Source of the DNA: Phormidesmis sp.
GTDB taxonomy: Bacteria > Cyanobacteriota > Cyanobacteriia > Leptolyngbyales > Leptolyngbyaceae
DNA length: 64,000 bases
Assembly (NCBI GenBank): GCA_965248535.1
Contig: CBDFJR010000005.1
Span: forward strand, 640,001-704,000
Direction of reading: 5' to 3'
Shown in pieces: positions 61,508 to 64,000 of this stretch. The notes under the pieces are model-generated. The model worked only from the letters and a program-made list of their open reading frames with translations. It was not told the origin of the DNA and ran no database searches. Made by a program: the position numbers and the translations under genes. Every line of letters starts with the position of its first letter. The stretch's first letter is position 1.

Positions 61508-63484
61508 TTAAGAATCCGTATTGCCAAGATAAGTTTCTAGCGCGTCTGCCACAAGTTCGGTGATTGGTTTGCCTTGCGTTTTAGAGGCTTGTTGAAGTCG
61601 AGCATACATCTCACGACGAATGCCAACCCGATGCCGAGATTTGAGCGTCACCTTTTCAGAGTCAGCCGACTCCACATCTTCAAAGTCATTGGTTGAGACG
61701 GTGACGACCTCATCAAAACCATCTGATTGATAGTCACTGACAAATTGACGCAGGGCATCAAAGCCAACGCGATCGCAGAAATCACCAAAGCTTTCTCCCG
61801 CTGTCCGTGACTGTTTAAAGTAGACAAACATCGGCTCCAAAAACGTTTCCAAGTCGTCAATGTGCAGCTTCTCGACATAGGCGCGAGACAGTCGGGTTTG
61901 ATTGGGGCACGCCCCCAGCCACATTTGATAGGTGTCGGGCCCGTTACCGACAAACCCAAGCTCTGCCAAATAAGGACGGGCGCATCCGTTAGGGCAACCT
62001 GTCATGCGAATGATAAACGATTCGTCGGGCAATCCAACTTTGATTAGCAGTGCCCGGATGCGCTCCAAAATCGAAGGAATGACTCGCTCTGATTCGGCGG
62101 TTGCTAACCCGCAAGTGGGCAACGCCGGACACGCCATTGAGTAGCGCAATAGCGTATCGATTTCGTCTTCGCGCTTGATGCCGCAGCGAGTTAAGATCTG
62201 CTGAATTTCAGACTTTTGAGCCGGATCGATTTCGTAAAGAATCAAGTTTTGGCTGGGCGTAACCAGCATCGGCAAATTGAATTTCTCAACCAGTTCGCGC
62301 AGGGCGGTTTTGAGTTGAAACGCGCCTTCGTTTTTGACGCGACCGTTTTCGACCGAGATGCCGACAAACAGCTTGCCGTCTCCTTGCTCATGCCATCCCA
62401 AAAAGTCCAAATATTTGAACTCAGGCAAGGGCTTAAACGGCTCAAACGGTTTGCCAAAATATTCTTCGACCTTAGCGCGGAATTTCTCAACGCCCCAGTC
62501 TTCGATCAGATATTTCATTCTCGCGTGACGACGATCGGTGCGATCGCCATAATCGCGCTGAGTTGCCACGATCGCTTTCACCGCGTCGTAGACATCATCT
62601 TTGGCGACATAGCCAATCTCATCTGCCAACCGAGGAAACGTCTCTTCTTTGTTGTGAGTTCGTCCTAAACCGCCACCCGCAAACACATTAAAGCCTTCTA
62701 ACTCGCCCTGCTCATTGGTGAGAACGACTAAGCTGACATCCTGCGAATATAAATCGACCGAGTTATCGCCCGGAACGGTGACGCTGATTTTGAACTTACG
62801 GGGCATATAGTGCGTGCCGTAAATCGGTTCGGGGTTGTCATGCACGATCGTGCCTGTGCCATTTTTTTGACGCGCCGCGATCACATCAGGATTCTCTTCT
62901 GCCGAGATGAACTTTTCACCATCGAGCCAAATTTCATAATAAGCGCCCGTCTGAGGAGTCAGCAGATCCGCGATTTTGTGCGAATACTCGTAGGCATATT
63001 GATAGGCAGGGCTGTTGCGAAACGGAGCCGGAGGAGCCATCACATTTCGGTTAACATCGCCGCAAGCGCCTAGGGTGTTGCCCATATTACGCACGATCGC
63101 TGCCAGTGACGCTTTCAAATTCTTTTTGAGAATGCCGTGTAGCTGAAAGCCTTGGCGGGTCGTGGCTCTAATCGTGTGATTGCCATAGTCATCAGAGATC
63201 CGATCGAGCGCCAAATAAAGCTCAGGCGGAATAAAACCACCCGGACTGCGGGTTCGCAGCATCATCTGATAGTCTTTTTCTTGACCTTTGGCGCGGTTGT
63301 CTCGATTGTCTTGCTGATAAGAGCCGTGAAACTTGAGAATCTGAATCGCATCTTCTGTGAAGTGCGTCGTATCCATCAAAAGCTCAGACGCGACGGGTTC
63401 TCGCAAAAAATCACTGCGATCTTTGAGTCCTTCGACTTTAGAAGGCTTGCGGGTGGTGGTGTTAGGTGTCGAAGATATAACCAT
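61508..63484 (-). CDS. sir: ferredoxin-dependent sulfite reductase
   Basis: [44 protein letters not shown]. Confidence 0.97.
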   Translation of the reverse strand: MVISSTPNTTTRKPSKVEGLKDRSDFLREPVASELLMDTTHFTEDAIQILKFHGSYQQDNRDNRAKGQEKDYQMMLRTRSPGGFIPPELYLALDRISDDYGNHTIRATTRQGFQLHGILKKNLKASLAAIVRNMGNTLGACGDVNRNVMAPPAPFRNSPAYQYAYEYSHKIADLLTPQTGAYYEIWLDGEKFISAEENPDVIAARQKNGTGTIVHDNPEPIYGTHYMPRKFKISVTVPGDNSVDLYSQDVSLVVLTNEQGELEGFNVFAGGGLGRTHNKEETFPRLADEIGYVAKDDVYDAVKAIVATQRDYGDRTDRRHARMKYLIEDWGVEKFRAKVEEYFGKPFEPFKPLPEFKYLDFLGWHEQGDGKLFVGISVENGRVKNEGAFQLKTALRELVEKFNLPMLVTPSQNLILYEIDPAQKSEIQQILTRCGIKREDEIDTLLRYSMACPALPTCGLATAESERVIPSILERIRALLIKVGLPDESFIIRMTGCPNGCARPYLAELGFVGNGPDTYQMWLGACPNQTRLSRAYVEKLHIDDLETFLEPMFVYFKQSRTAGESFGDFCDRVGFDALRQFVSDYQSDGFDEVVTVSTNDFEDVESADSEKVTLKSRHRVGIRREMYARLQQASKTQGKPITELVADALETYLGNTDS

Positions 63485-63574
63485 TAGACTGCTGCGATCG
63501 GTAAAGGAGGATTAAGCCGTCAGCCATCTCGTTTGCAGTGCAAATGCAGATGACAAATGACCGAGAAACTGTTT

Positions 63575-63597
63575 ATTCCCAGTAAGTCGGTCGGAAT
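63575..63597. promoter_or_regulatory. inverted-repeat operator candidate upstream of sir
   Basis: ATTCC-N13-GGAAT about 90 bp before the sir ATG. Confidence 0.4.
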
Positions 63598-63789
63598 TGC
63601 GATGATGATCCCATGGTACCATCGCAATTAATTCTATGAAGCGATCGTCAGGAATGATTTAATGCGTGCGAGATTCGTTACACAGGTTGAACCAGTCGCT
63701 TCGTAGGCACAGCCTTAACTTCGTGAAGGGTCTTAGGCATTGGATTGAGGCTCTAGTGAAGTATTCGATCTCGGCGATCGCCATGCTCT

Positions 63790-63819
63790 TTATTTCAAAG
63801 AGGGAATATCTTTAGGCAT
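63790..63819 (-). pseudogene. truncated HicA-like toxin remnant (MPKDIPSLK*)
   Basis: ATG overlaps the last codons of the HicB-like gene; stop after 9 codons. Confidence 0.4.
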
Positions 63820-64000
63820 GAACTGCCCTAAATTCGTAAACTTCTGATGCTGGCTCCTTCGACTCCAGCATCAGAAACTCATGCAATTCCTTAATGGGAA
63901 CGGGAGCGCAGTAAATATCAGATTTAGAGTCATAAACTTCTTGAAACGACTCAATTGCTTGCTTCAGGCTTGTAACTGCGCTGTCCTGCGTCTCACCCTG
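63812..64000 (-). CDS. HicB-like antitoxin (5' end outside the window)
   Basis: Hand translation QGETQDSAVTSLKQAIESF...IKELHEFL...YEFRAVHA*. Confidence 0.65.
   Translation of the reverse strand, partial: QGETQDSAVTSLKQAIESFQEVYDSKSDIYCAPVPIKELHEFLMLESKEPASEVYEFRAVHA

Overview
Chromosomal segment of a cyanobacterium, inferred from phycobiliprotein lyase, CpcD-domain petH, prk and dense GCGATCGC HIP1 octamers; hpsL suggests a filamentous, motile lineage. Most of it is core genome: mutS (partial), lnt, rsmG, miaE, rarA, malQ, petH, prk, valS, dam, rbfA, nagZ, rsmE and sir. It also has a hopanoid side-chain cluster (hpnG-like, RND permease, hpnA, hpnH), several signalling genes and small toxin-antitoxin-like inserts. 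I saw no rRNA, tRNA, CRISPR array or intact transposase. Main observations: (1) an 11-bp-phased DnaA-box array far from dnaA/dnaN, upstream of a DUF2811 gene and a solo Fe-S PD-(D/E)XK nuclease; (2) an AcrB-type RND permease lacking both TolC-docking subdomains and coupled to hpnA-hpnH; (3) a cysteine-less LOV domain in a hybrid kinase coupled to a diguanylate cyclase; (4) a frameshifted malQ; (5) a pseudokinase, a small-protein/aspartic-protease module, CAAD-ValRS, RarA and Sir C-terminal fusions, and two ~130-bp MITE/REP-like elements. Family names come from motif recognition, not database searches.
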